Positions 19,147 through 28,932 of a DNA stretch of 64,000 bases are shown here, in pieces. The stretch is taken from the sequence record SRR31156797_335; one strand, written 5' to 3'. The notes under the pieces are model-generated. The model searched no databases, had not been told where the DNA came from, and saw only the letters and a list, made by a program, of their open reading frames with translations. Position 1 is the stretch's first letter. Each line of letters starts with the position of its first letter. The position numbers and the translations under genes were made by a program.

Positions 19147-20601
19147 ATGAGAACAGAATCAGATTTTATCGGTAGCAGAGAGATTCCAAAGGATGCACTT
19201 TGGGGAATACATTCACTTCGTGCACAAGAGAATTTCCCTGATCAAACACCATTTCATAAGGAATGGTTTATGGCTGTTGGAATCGTGAAAAAGGCTTGTT
19301 ACAAAACCTACCTTGGTTTTCTGCAAGGAATTGATCGAAAATTTCCGAATCAAGAATTTCCTTTCCAATTACTTGATAAAAATCTGATTGAAAATTTACA
19401 AGATGTTGCTTCTGAAATAAATGAAGGCAAACATTTCGAGAACTTTATAGTTCCTGCGATTCAAGGTGGTGCTGGTACAAGTATCAATATGAATGTGAAT
19501 GAGATCATCTCAAATCGAACATTAGAAATCGCAGGCAAAAATATTGGCGATTATAGCCAAATTGATCCTTTTGAGCATGCTAATGTATTCCAATCGACAA
19601 ACGACGTAATTCCTACTTCGCTAAAAGTTGCAGCCATTAAATTGTTACAGGAACTGGAAGAATCAATTAACGAATTACGATTGGCAGTTGAAAAAATCGA
19701 GAGTAAGTACAGAAATGTTCTTCGACAAGGCTATACGCAGATGCAGGCAGCTGTTCCCACTTCCTACGATAAATTATTTAGCACATACAACAATGCTCTT
19801 TCGAGAGATTGGTGGAGAGTTTCCAAATGTTTCGAAAGAATTAAAGAAGTAAATCTAGGCGGTGGAGCAATTGGAACAGGACTATCTATTCCTCGATTTT
19901 TTATTATGGAAGTAGTTCCAAACCTGCAAAAACTAACTGGATTACCAATAACCCGATCAGAGAATTTATCAGACGCAACTTCAAATCAGGATGGTTTTGT
20001 CGAAGTTCATGCCATACTAAAAGCGCATGCTGTAAATCTGGAAAAAATGGTTTCTGATTTAAGATTACTAGGTTCTGATTTATTTCACAACAGAGAACTT
20101 AACCTTCCTCAAAAACAGGTTGGTAGCTCTATTATGCCAGGGAAAATTAATCCTGTAATTCCAGAATTTGTAATTAGTTCGGCTCACAAAGTTTATTCAA
20201 ATGATATGATGATTAGTAATTTAGCCGGACAGGGTTGTTTGGATCTAAATGCTTATCTCCCATCTATTGGTCATGCTCTTTTGGATAGTATCAAACTATT
20301 AATTGCATCAAACAATACTTTAGCAGATAATTTATTTAATGAACTGGAAATAAAATCAAATCCACTTGAAGATAGTTTGTTGAAAAATCCTTCAATAGCA
20401 ACTGCATTATCTCCTTATGTGGGATATCATAAAGCAGCAAAATTGGCAAAGGAGATGAAAAAACATCAGATATCGATTCTCGAAGCAAACGAGAAACTCA
20501 AAATTATAGAGGTACAATCTTTGGAAAAATTAATTAAGCCGGAAGAATTGTTGAAGTTAGGCTTTATTATAGGCGATACAATTAACAGTGAACAGCGATA
20601 A
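19147..20601 (+). CDS. aspA: Aspartate ammonia-lyase (fumarase/aspartase superfamily)
   Basis: QGGAGTSINMNVNE, QSTNDV, GSSIMPGKINPVIPE signature. Confidence 0.8.
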   Translation: MRTESDFIGSREIPKDALWGIHSLRAQENFPDQTPFHKEWFMAVGIVKKACYKTYLGFLQGIDRKFPNQEFPFQLLDKNLIENLQDVASEINEGKHFENFIVPAIQGGAGTSINMNVNEIISNRTLEIAGKNIGDYSQIDPFEHANVFQSTNDVIPTSLKVAAIKLLQELEESINELRLAVEKIESKYRNVLRQGYTQMQAAVPTSYDKLFSTYNNALSRDWWRVSKCFERIKEVNLGGGAIGTGLSIPRFFIMEVVPNLQKLTGLPITRSENLSDATSNQDGFVEVHAILKAHAVNLEKMVSDLRLLGSDLFHNRELNLPQKQVGSSIMPGKINPVIPEFVISSAHKVYSNDMMISNLAGQGCLDLNAYLPSIGHALLDSIKLLIASNNTLADNLFNELEIKSNPLEDSLLKNPSIATALSPYVGYHKAAKLAKEMKKHQISILEANEKLKIIEVQSLEKLIKPEELLKLGFIIGDTINSEQR

Positions 20602-20610
20602 CTGAACAAA

Positions 20611-21831
20611 ATGGGTAGAGAAAGACGTCCGCATATTGGAATTTTTGGAAGAAGAAATAACGGTAAAAGTACTTTAATCAACTTTTTAGCTGGTCAGGAT
20701 ATTGCGATTGTATCAGATGTTGCAGGAACAACAACCGATCCGGTTAAAAAATCATTTGAAATTACGGGTTTTGGTCCCGTGATTTTAATTGACACCGCCG
20801 GTATTGATGATACAGGTGAATTGGGAAAAAAAAGAATTCTTAAAACCAATCAAGCCATTAAAACTATCGATTTGGCAATTTTGGTAATCACGCAAAATAC
20901 TTTTGGTGAATTTGAATTAGATCTTATTGAGAAATTCAAAAAACAAGATGTTCCTTTTATTGCAGTTCACAACAAGGAAGACATTGAATTACTTCACGCA
21001 AATACTTCAAATTTACTTTCTGATAAAGGAGCAAAAGACATTCTTCATTTCTCGAATACAAATGGCAATATCGAGCCAATTGTAAAGAGTATCAAAAAGA
21101 CAATTCCGGAATCAGCATTTATTACACCTTCCCTATTGGGCGATTTGATTTCCTATGGTGATATTGTTCTCTTAATTACTCCAATTGATATTGAAGCACC
21201 TGCAGGTCGATTAATTTTACCACAAGTTCAGGCAATTCGAGACATATTGGATAATGATGCTGTTTGTATTGTTTTAAAGGAACGTGAAGTTGATGCTTTC
21301 CTTCGTAAAACTGGGATTAAACCTAAACTAGTTGTTACCGATAGTCAGGTATTCCTGAAAGCAGGAGCATCTATTCCTTCCAATGTTGCACTTACAAGTT
21401 TCAGTATCATGCTGGCGCATTTTAAAGGCAATTTTAACGCCTACTTACAAGGAACTCCTAAAATATCAGATCTAAAAGATGGTGATAAAGTTTTACTATT
21501 GGAAAGCTGTACTCACCACACTTCCTGTGACGATATTGGTAGGGTGAAAATTCCTCGATGGATATCCAACTACACTGGTAAGCAATTAGAATTTGTTGTT
21601 ATTGCAGGTTTAGATGAGATTCCCGGAGAAATGTCTGATTATGCATTACTAATTCAATGTGGTGGTTGCATGATTACTCCAAAACAATTGGGCAACAGAC
21701 TGCAACCAGCTATCGATGGAGGAATACCAGTAACCAATTACGGAATGGCAATTGCATATGTACAGGGAATTTACAACAGAGCTGTAGCTCCATTTGCTAA
21801 AATAGAAGATTCATCTCTTGATTATTTGTAG
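20611..21831 (+). CDS. hydF: [FeFe]-hydrogenase H-cluster maturation GTPase HydF
   Basis: GRRNNGKS, GTTTDPV, DTAG, APAGRLILPQVQ, VTDSQ, CTHH...DIGRVKIP...CGGCM, TNYG. Confidence 0.93.
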   Translation: MGRERRPHIGIFGRRNNGKSTLINFLAGQDIAIVSDVAGTTTDPVKKSFEITGFGPVILIDTAGIDDTGELGKKRILKTNQAIKTIDLAILVITQNTFGEFELDLIEKFKKQDVPFIAVHNKEDIELLHANTSNLLSDKGAKDILHFSNTNGNIEPIVKSIKKTIPESAFITPSLLGDLISYGDIVLLITPIDIEAPAGRLILPQVQAIRDILDNDAVCIVLKEREVDAFLRKTGIKPKLVVTDSQVFLKAGASIPSNVALTSFSIMLAHFKGNFNAYLQGTPKISDLKDGDKVLLLESCTHHTSCDDIGRVKIPRWISNYTGKQLEFVVIAGLDEIPGEMSDYALLIQCGGCMITPKQLGNRLQPAIDGGIPVTNYGMAIAYVQGIYNRAVAPFAKIEDSSLDYL

Positions 21832-21834
21832 ATC

Positions 21835-22953
21835 TTAACGAATGATATAATTAACACCTCGCTCTTTTAGGTAATCAAAGACAAATTGGAAGCACTCTTC
21901 ATGCTTTCCCAAGTACTCCGGAGGATTAACTCCTTTTCGATCAAATTTTCCTTTTAAGAGAATATTTGCCACTGCTGTACAGGTGTATCCGGTTGTTCTT
22001 GCCATCGATGTGAATCCTTTTTCTTCGTCGAACTGATCAAATAAATCATATACAATACGTTGGTTCAATCCATTCTTCGTTCCTTCAACCTCTACTCGCA
22101 ATACAGTAAACTCTTTCTCCTCTGGTTTCAATTTCCATTTCGAGAACAACAATTTTGAGGTTAAATCTATGGGTCTGATTTTTTGTCCACCAACGTCAAT
22201 TTCTTCATGCGAAAAATAGCCCGTATCACGTAGAACTCTCAAATATTCTATTGTCCCTGGGTATCGCAAAGTCTTCTCAATCATGTTCGGAACATTCATT
22301 GTTTTTATCAAACTTCGCAATCCATCAGAATTCCATGCTTCCAACGTTCCTAACTTCTCAAAATTTACCAACTCAGGATCCGATAGTGCTTCTCTTACTA
22401 TCACCTCTCCATTTTGAACATATCTGGCTGGGCGAGTATATTCTTCAATAACATCAAGTGGAGAAAAAACCGCTCTGTATTCCCAAGGCCATTCTCTTTC
22501 AAATGGCAATCCTCCCACCATACAACGAAAATTTTCCACCTTCATTTTCTCATTGTGATATCCTAATATTAAATTGCCAATTCCAGGTGCAATTCCACAA
22601 TCGGTAAGAATACAACATCCATTATTCCTTGCTAAACCATCCAATTCAAAAGGATCTTCTGGAAAAAAAGAAATATCAACCATATCTTTTCCCGCCTCGA
22701 TAACTTCTCGAACAACTTTGTAACCCAAAAATCCAGGAACTGCACCAATAACCAAATCAGAATCAGCAACCAGCTTTCTTACAGCTCCCACTTCCGATAA
22801 CTCCTTTCTTACCGTTTTTATGCTTGAAAATCGTTTCAATTCCTCCAATGCATTTGCATCTTGATCTACAGCCGTAACAACATATCTTTCGCTTAAATCA
22901 ATTGCAATTAATTTACCTACCAAACCAGCGCCTAATACAGTTATTTTCTTCAT
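21835..22953 (-). CDS. Saccharopine dehydrogenase family / probable L-lysine 6-dehydrogenase
   Basis: GAGLVG Rossmann motif, AVPGFLG, DCGIAPG, EEYTRPAR, KTLRYPG, SMARTTGY. Confidence 0.8.
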   Translation of the reverse strand: MKKITVLGAGLVGKLIAIDLSERYVVTAVDQDANALEELKRFSSIKTVRKELSEVGAVRKLVADSDLVIGAVPGFLGYKVVREVIEAGKDMVDISFFPEDPFELDGLARNNGCCILTDCGIAPGIGNLILGYHNEKMKVENFRCMVGGLPFEREWPWEYRAVFSPLDVIEEYTRPARYVQNGEVIVREALSDPELVNFEKLGTLEAWNSDGLRSLIKTMNVPNMIEKTLRYPGTIEYLRVLRDTGYFSHEEIDVGGQKIRPIDLTSKLLFSKWKLKPEEKEFTVLRVEVEGTKNGLNQRIVYDLFDQFDEEKGFTSMARTTGYTCTAVANILLKGKFDRKGVNPPEYLGKHEECFQFVFDYLKERGVNYIIR

Positions 22954-22969
22954 TCTATTAATTTTTAGC

Positions 22970-23953
22970 TTAATTAAGTCCTAAGGCTCTCGACAAATCA
23001 ACTCTCTTATAAAATAATATTAAGTACATATTCAAACTGTAAAAGAAAAAGAAGAAATAGATAAACACTTCAAAAACCTCTTTATCTCCAGCCAAGAGTG
23101 ATATTAGAGCATAAAAGACAAATGGAAAAAGACTTGGGTGTGGAAAAAACAATTTAAATTTATCGGTTCGATATTCACGTCGTGGAATCCAGCCCAAAAG
23201 ACACAACAGAAAAATTAGTATTGCTGCAACTGGATAAATGAATGGGAAAAATAAATTAAACATGTTATGAATGTTAATCTCATTCTGATCATTGTACTTC
23301 ATAAGCTCTTCAGAAGTTTCCCAACCAAAAATTCTTTGTCCCCAACTTATTTCTTCAAAAGCAACTAGCAATAAAAATATAGAAAACAGAACAAATACAT
23401 AGCTTAACATTCTATTGTTAGGCTGTATCTTTCTGCTTAAAAAATACGCAGCCAAAAGCAATGTACTTGAAATAAGCAGGAGATAAAAGGTTGAATTCTC
23501 GACGATTCCATCCTCTTTTAACAATTCCTGAACAATTGGACTATGATTAAAAAAAGACAATAATGTAATGGGAATCCCAAGAAGTAGAGAAGTGAAAATT
23601 AATTTTTGATAATATCTTTTGAGTACATTATCATTTGAAATATCTCCTAAAAAAAACACTTTAACTCTCTCCGGGAAAAAAATACATCGTAATCTTACTC
23701 CTACCTCAGTATACAACAAGATTATAAGTAATATCCAAAATACTAATAATACACTTGTATAAGATTGTACAATAATCTGTAAGCCTTCATTGCCAGCTCG
23801 CATATGTGAATCTGGAGACAAATTAGTTTCTACAAAGCTAAAAGTAGATTCAGCAATGATTCCTGAAAAAATCCATAACAAGATAATTCCAGCCAACAAA
23901 ATAAACATGATTATATTTCTTAATGACAAATAATTCATATTAATAAACATCAC
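22970..23953 (-). CDS. Integral membrane protein (EDG..E / EEISWGQR / QNEINIHN motif family)
   Basis: Several hydrophobic helices plus the motifs KEDGIVEN, FEEISWGQRIFG, QNEINIHN. Confidence 0.65.
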   Translation of the reverse strand: MMFINMNYLSLRNIIMFILLAGIILLWIFSGIIAESTFSFVETNLSPDSHMRAGNEGLQIIVQSYTSVLLVFWILLIILLYTEVGVRLRCIFFPERVKVFFLGDISNDNVLKRYYQKLIFTSLLLGIPITLLSFFNHSPIVQELLKEDGIVENSTFYLLLISSTLLLAAYFLSRKIQPNNRMLSYVFVLFSIFLLLVAFEEISWGQRIFGWETSEELMKYNDQNEINIHNMFNLFFPFIYPVAAILIFLLCLLGWIPRREYRTDKFKLFFPHPSLFPFVFYALISLLAGDKEVFEVFIYFFFFFYSLNMYLILFYKRVDLSRALGLN

Positions 23954-24151
23954 ATATTCTTATAATTTACAAATACTTTCTTAAAACTGAAAAAACTTTT
24001 AATAAGTACTTTACCTTACAATCCAGACTAATTATTGACATTTTCACAAGTGAGTTTCTTGAAAAAATCCAAATCTTGAATAATTTATGATTAAAAGAGA
24101 TTATTATTATCTTTAGTTTTTAAAATAAAACCCAATTAACGTATCCTAAAA

Positions 24152-25279
24152 ATGAAGAGATTAATACTTGCCATAATTGTTTCCTTAATTACAGTTTACA
24201 CTACAAAAGCTCAAGACAAAGAGTTCGTTCTACAAGGAATGATTGGTGGGCTACAAGATCAAACCATCTATTTGTATAAAAACAATGGTGAAAAATCAGT
24301 ACTCATTGATTCAGTAAAAATTAAAAATGGTGATTTTAAATTCTCAGGAAAATGCAAACAAGCCTTTGCGGCAGAATTAAGAATTACCAAATGGAAAAAA
24401 TGTAAACTGTTTCTCTCTCCAACCAACATGAACATTATCATTCACGCAAAGGATTTTAAGCATAAATTTGCGATAGGAAAATTAAAAGGCTCTCCTGCCC
24501 AAGACAGATACGAAGATTTTCAAAGCAAATTAGCAGAAAACAATAAGCAGAAATTAAAAATTGCAGATAATCTTGAAATTCCGGAAGTATATAACGACTC
24601 GCTTAAAAAAGCCACATTTATGGCTGAATACAGAAAACTAAACCAATTCAAAAATGAGTACTACTATAAATATGCTTCATCACCTGTAATTCCATATCTA
24701 ATTTATCAAGACTATTTTAGAGCCAAAAAGAACATTGATTACGTAAAAGAGCAATTGAAAATTCTGAAACAAGCCAATCCAAATGGTTTGTATGTGAAAA
24801 ATCTTGAAAAAAGAGTAAAGACAATTGAAATATTAAATGGTAATGGTCAATTTCCTTATTTTAAGGCAAAAACTTTAAAAGGAGATATTTATGATTTTGC
24901 AAAACAAAAAGGTAAACCTATTTTATTATACATCTGGAGAACATGGACTCAAGAACAAAATCAAGAATTCTATGATAATATTCAAGAGATCACCACAACT
25001 CATCCTTCACTCGAATTAGTAAGCATCATGAGGAATTCATCCTTTAACATGATCCAGATTAAAGGCAGCGTAATAGGTAAAAATTGGCGACCAGAATCAC
25101 AACCTGAATTGAATTGTGTGGAAATAGAAAGTTTAGATCAAAGTGTTGATTTTATTCGTTATTTAGATCGAAGTTTTAAAGCTTTTTTACTGGATTCTGA
25201 AGGAAACATTATCTACAAACAAAATAAATTTGATCCTGAAATCTTAAAAACAGAATTATCCAAACATCTTTCAAACTAG
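24152..25279 (+). CDS. Exported DUF4369-like protein with a degenerate thioredoxin-like C-terminal domain
   Basis: Signal peptide; IDSVKIKNGDFKFSG N-domain; KGKPILLYIWRTWTQEQ lacks CxxC; FLLDSEGNII. Confidence 0.6.
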   Translation: MKRLILAIIVSLITVYTTKAQDKEFVLQGMIGGLQDQTIYLYKNNGEKSVLIDSVKIKNGDFKFSGKCKQAFAAELRITKWKKCKLFLSPTNMNIIIHAKDFKHKFAIGKLKGSPAQDRYEDFQSKLAENNKQKLKIADNLEIPEVYNDSLKKATFMAEYRKLNQFKNEYYYKYASSPVIPYLIYQDYFRAKKNIDYVKEQLKILKQANPNGLYVKNLEKRVKTIEILNGNGQFPYFKAKTLKGDIYDFAKQKGKPILLYIWRTWTQEQNQEFYDNIQEITTTHPSLELVSIMRNSSFNMIQIKGSVIGKNWRPESQPELNCVEIESLDQSVDFIRYLDRSFKAFLLDSEGNIIYKQNKFDPEILKTELSKHLSN

Positions 25280-25347
25280 CTAGTTTGATTTAAAATACGA
25301 TTAACTATATTTATCACTTTGATAAAAAGTATTAAAAGAGATTTTAT

Positions 25348-27570
25348 ATGCCCGATAATTTACTGAAAACCAAAGCCAATTTTGGCACCATGCCAGTTTT
25401 TCTAACTGCTATTTCCACCATTCTAGGAGCTATATTATTCCTTCGATTCGGATGGGCTGTAGGTAATGTTGGATTTATAGGTGTTATTGGCATTATTATT
25501 CTTGGTCATTTAATTACGATTCCTACTGCAATGGCTGTCGCCGAAATTGCGACAAACCAAAAAGTATTAGGCGGTGGAGCATATTACATAATATCTCGCT
25601 CCTTTGGATTAAATATTGGTGCTGCCATTGGTATCACTTTATATCTTTCACAAGCCATATCTGTTGCATTTTATGTAATTGCATTTGCCGAAGCATTTGA
25701 TCCTGCAATTCAATGGCTAGCAGATAACTATGGAATATTAATTTACGACAAACGCGCAATTAGTATCCCAACCATGACAATTCTCTCGGCTCTTTTTCTT
25801 TATCGTGGAGCCAATATGGGAATGAAAGCATTATACGTTGTTGTTGCAACTTTGGGCGTTTCCCTATTTATGTTTTTTCTTGGATCACCCACTGATGCTC
25901 CAAATGAAATTGTGTTAGATGCAACGGTTGAAAATCCAAAAAGCTTCTTTTATGTGTTCACCATTGTGTTCCCGGCATTTACCGGTTTAGCTGCCGGACT
26001 GGGATTATCTGGTGATCTAAAAAATCCAAGAAAATCGATTCCTAGAGGTACCATTTGGGCTACTATTGGTGGATTGGTGATATACATTTGGGCTGCTTAT
26101 AAATTTACAGTTTCTGCAAATCCTGAAGATCTGGCAAGTGATCAGTTAATCATGAGAAAAATTGCCATTTGGGGTCCAATTATTCCAATTGGTTTGGCTG
26201 CTGCTTCGTTGTCTTCTGCATTAGGATCCATAATGGTTGCTCCAAGAACTCTTCAAGCAATTGGTTTAGATGATATTTTCCCACAGAAAGGATTGAACAA
26301 ATGGTTGAAATCGGAAAGTAAGAAGAACAATGAACCCATTAATGCTTCAGCAATATCCATCGCAATTGCCTTTGTGTTTGTGATTATTGGTGATGTTGAT
26401 TTTGTTGCACAGATAATCTCGATGTTCTTTATGGTGACATATGGAGCAATTTGTATGATCTCCTTCCTTGAGCATTTTGCGGCGGATCCTTCGTACCGAC
26501 CAACATTCCGTTCTAAGTGGTATTTATCTCTGTTGGGAGCTCTGCTTTCATTTTGGATCATGTTCCAAATGAATATGTCTTATGCCATTTTGTCGTTATT
26601 GATAATGGGTGGAATTTATTACGGCTTTAATATCACTGCAAAAGAGCACAGAGGTCTCGCAAAACTATTCCGAGGCGTTGTTTTCCAATTGAGTCGCCAT
26701 TTGCAAATTTTTGCACAGAGAGCAGAAAAAGGAGATAGAGAATTAAGCTGGAGACCTTTTGCCATTTGCATATCGCAGGATTCTTTCAAACGCAGATCGG
26801 CTTTTGATTTGTTACGCTGGATATCGTACAAATACGGTTTTGGAACATATATTCACTTCCTTGAAGGATATTTGAATGAAGAGACAAACGAAGAATCGAA
26901 GAAGGTAATGAACAGGCTGATTAATCTGGCTTCAGGTAGTAAAAATCGAGTTTATTTGGATACAATTATTAGTCCATCGATGACTTCGGCAATTGCTCAG
27001 GTAATGCAGTTATCCGGAATATCCGGACACGGTTACAATACGATTCTTTTTGAATTTTCGAGAACACAACCCGAAAGATTAAACTATGTAATTGACAATT
27101 ACAATCTACTGGAATCCACACATTTTGATGTTTGCATTCTAAATACATCATACAAAGGATTTGGCTATCAGAAAGAAATTCATGTTTGGATTGGAGCCAA
27201 CGATTTGGAAAATGCAAACCTAATGATTCTATTAGCTTACATCATTCAAGGTCATCCTGATTGGAAAAAAGGAACCATTAAGATTTTTGCAATTTATCCT
27301 GAAGATCAGTTGGAAAACCAAAAAGAGAAACTATTGGCTCTAATTAAATCGGGTCGATTGCCTATATCACCAAGTAATATTGAATTGATAAATGCAAATT
27401 ATGCCAATAAGAAACAGGTGATAAAGCAAAACTCAATGGATGCCGATTTAAGTATCTTAGGTTTTAATCACGAAGAAGTGGATGAAGAAGGTGTTGATTT
27501 ATTCACTGGTTTTGAAGATATGGGTAATATTCTTTTCGTAAGTTCATACAAAGAAATTAATATCAAGTAA
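25348..27570 (+). CDS. APC-superfamily cation-chloride cotransporter (prokaryotic SLC12/CCC-like)
   Basis: TILGAILFLRFGW, IATN...GGGAYYIISRSFG, FPAFTGLAAG..LSGDLKNP, APRTLQA, YRPTF; large cytoplasmic C-domain. Confidence 0.85.
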   Translation: MPDNLLKTKANFGTMPVFLTAISTILGAILFLRFGWAVGNVGFIGVIGIIILGHLITIPTAMAVAEIATNQKVLGGGAYYIISRSFGLNIGAAIGITLYLSQAISVAFYVIAFAEAFDPAIQWLADNYGILIYDKRAISIPTMTILSALFLYRGANMGMKALYVVVATLGVSLFMFFLGSPTDAPNEIVLDATVENPKSFFYVFTIVFPAFTGLAAGLGLSGDLKNPRKSIPRGTIWATIGGLVIYIWAAYKFTVSANPEDLASDQLIMRKIAIWGPIIPIGLAAASLSSALGSIMVAPRTLQAIGLDDIFPQKGLNKWLKSESKKNNEPINASAISIAIAFVFVIIGDVDFVAQIISMFFMVTYGAICMISFLEHFAADPSYRPTFRSKWYLSLLGALLSFWIMFQMNMSYAILSLLIMGGIYYGFNITAKEHRGLAKLFRGVVFQLSRHLQIFAQRAEKGDRELSWRPFAICISQDSFKRRSAFDLLRWISYKYGFGTYIHFLEGYLNEETNEESKKVMNRLINLASGSKNRVYLDTIISPSMTSAIAQVMQLSGISGHGYNTILFEFSRTQPERLNYVIDNYNLLESTHFDVCILNTSYKGFGYQKEIHVWIGANDLENANLMILLAYIIQGHPDWKKGTIKIFAIYPEDQLENQKEKLLALIKSGRLPISPSNIELINANYANKKQVIKQNSMDADLSILGFNHEEVDEEGVDLFTGFEDMGNILFVSSYKEINIK

Positions 27571-28370
27571 TGGCTGATTTTATAACAGTAACCGATGATT
27601 TGGGACGTGAAATACAAATTCCATTTCCTCCGCAAAGAATAATTTCTGCGGTTCCGTCAACTACCGAATTTCTGTTCGATTTGGAGTTGGATAATAAAGT
27701 AATTTCACGCACCAGATTCTGTAGATATCCTGAAAATAAAATTGAACGTTTACCGAATATTGGTGGGACAAAAAATCTTTATGCGGATAAAATTAAATTG
27801 CTAAATCCCGATTTAATTCTGGCGAATGAAGAAGAAAACAACAAAGATCAGATTGAGTCTTTAATGGAGCTTTATCCTGTTTACGTTAGTAAAGTGCGAA
27901 ATTTTGAAGATGCATTAAGCAATATTTTAAAGACAGGGAAAATTACGGATAGTGAACCAAAGGCTTTCGAAATTGCCAATAATATCAGATCGGAATTTGC
28001 GAAATTGCCAAAGCGAGATCAAAAAATTAAAGTTTTGTATCTGATTTGGAAAAATCCATACATGTGCGTTGCAAAAGATACTTTTATCAATTCGATGATG
28101 GAAATGTGTGGCTTCGAAAATATAATAGAAGAATCAGAGGAGCGATACCCCATTCTTAGTGAAGAACAAATTCAAGCACTAAATCCAGAACTTGTTCTTC
28201 TTTCATCGGAACCTTTCCCTTTTTCTGATGTTAATAAAACCGAATTTCATAAGATTTTACCAAATGCTAAAATTGAGTTGGTTGATGGTGAAATGTTCTC
28301 CTGGTACGAATCGCACTTGCAAAAAGCGAGTAATTATTTTACAAGTTTAATCGATAAAATTCAATTGTAA
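27570..28370 (+). CDS. BtuF/TroA-like helical-backbone substrate-binding protein
   Basis: DDLGREI..PPQRIISAVPSTTE, IGGTKN, LLSSEPFPF, VDGEMFSWY. Confidence 0.82.
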   Translation: MADFITVTDDLGREIQIPFPPQRIISAVPSTTEFLFDLELDNKVISRTRFCRYPENKIERLPNIGGTKNLYADKIKLLNPDLILANEEENNKDQIESLMELYPVYVSKVRNFEDALSNILKTGKITDSEPKAFEIANNIRSEFAKLPKRDQKIKVLYLIWKNPYMCVAKDTFINSMMEMCGFENIIEESEERYPILSEEQIQALNPELVLLSSEPFPFSDVNKTEFHKILPNAKIELVDGEMFSWYESHLQKASNYFTSLIDKIQL

Positions 28371-28448
28371 TCAGGCATAGATGGTTTTACTCGTGAATCA
28401 ATTCGATAATTCTTTCTATTTTTGCTCTATACTTAAAAATACATTTTA

Positions 28449-28928
28449 ATGGAACGCGTTGCTATTTTCCCGGGCTCTTTCGACCCATTTACTATTGGGC
28501 ATGAATCTATTGTGAGCCGGGCCTTACCTTTATTCGACAAGATTATTATTGCCATAGGATACAATTCGGAAAAAAGACAGTTTTTCCCAGTTGAAAAAAG
28601 AGTACAATGGATTAAAGAAGCTTTTCGCAACAATCCTAAAATTGAAGTGGAAACCTTCGGCGGACTTACAGTTGAATATTGTCAGGCAAAAAAAGCAGGT
28701 TTTATCCTTCGTGGTTTAAGAACTGCGGCCGACTTTGAGTATGAGCGTGCAATTGCTCAAATCAATAAGAAAATGGCTTACGATTTAGAGTCCATATTTC
28801 TTTTAACTACTCCCGAGCATACTATGATTACCTCAACTATCGTTAGAGATATCATTCGTCATGGAGGAGATGCCTCACAATTTTTACCAGATGTAATTGA
28901 TCCGGATGCCTATAAATTAAACCCATAA
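28449..28928 (+). CDS. coaD: Phosphopantetheine adenylyltransferase
   Basis: FPGSFDPFTIGH, ILRGLRTAADFEYE, TSTIVRD; TATTTTTG element at 28417-28424. Confidence 0.96.
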   Translation: MERVAIFPGSFDPFTIGHESIVSRALPLFDKIIIAIGYNSEKRQFFPVEKRVQWIKEAFRNNPKIEVETFGGLTVEYCQAKKAGFILRGLRTAADFEYERAIAQINKKMAYDLESIFLLTTPEHTMITSTIVRDIIRHGGDASQFLPDVIDPDAYKLNP

Positions 28929-28932
28929 TTTC

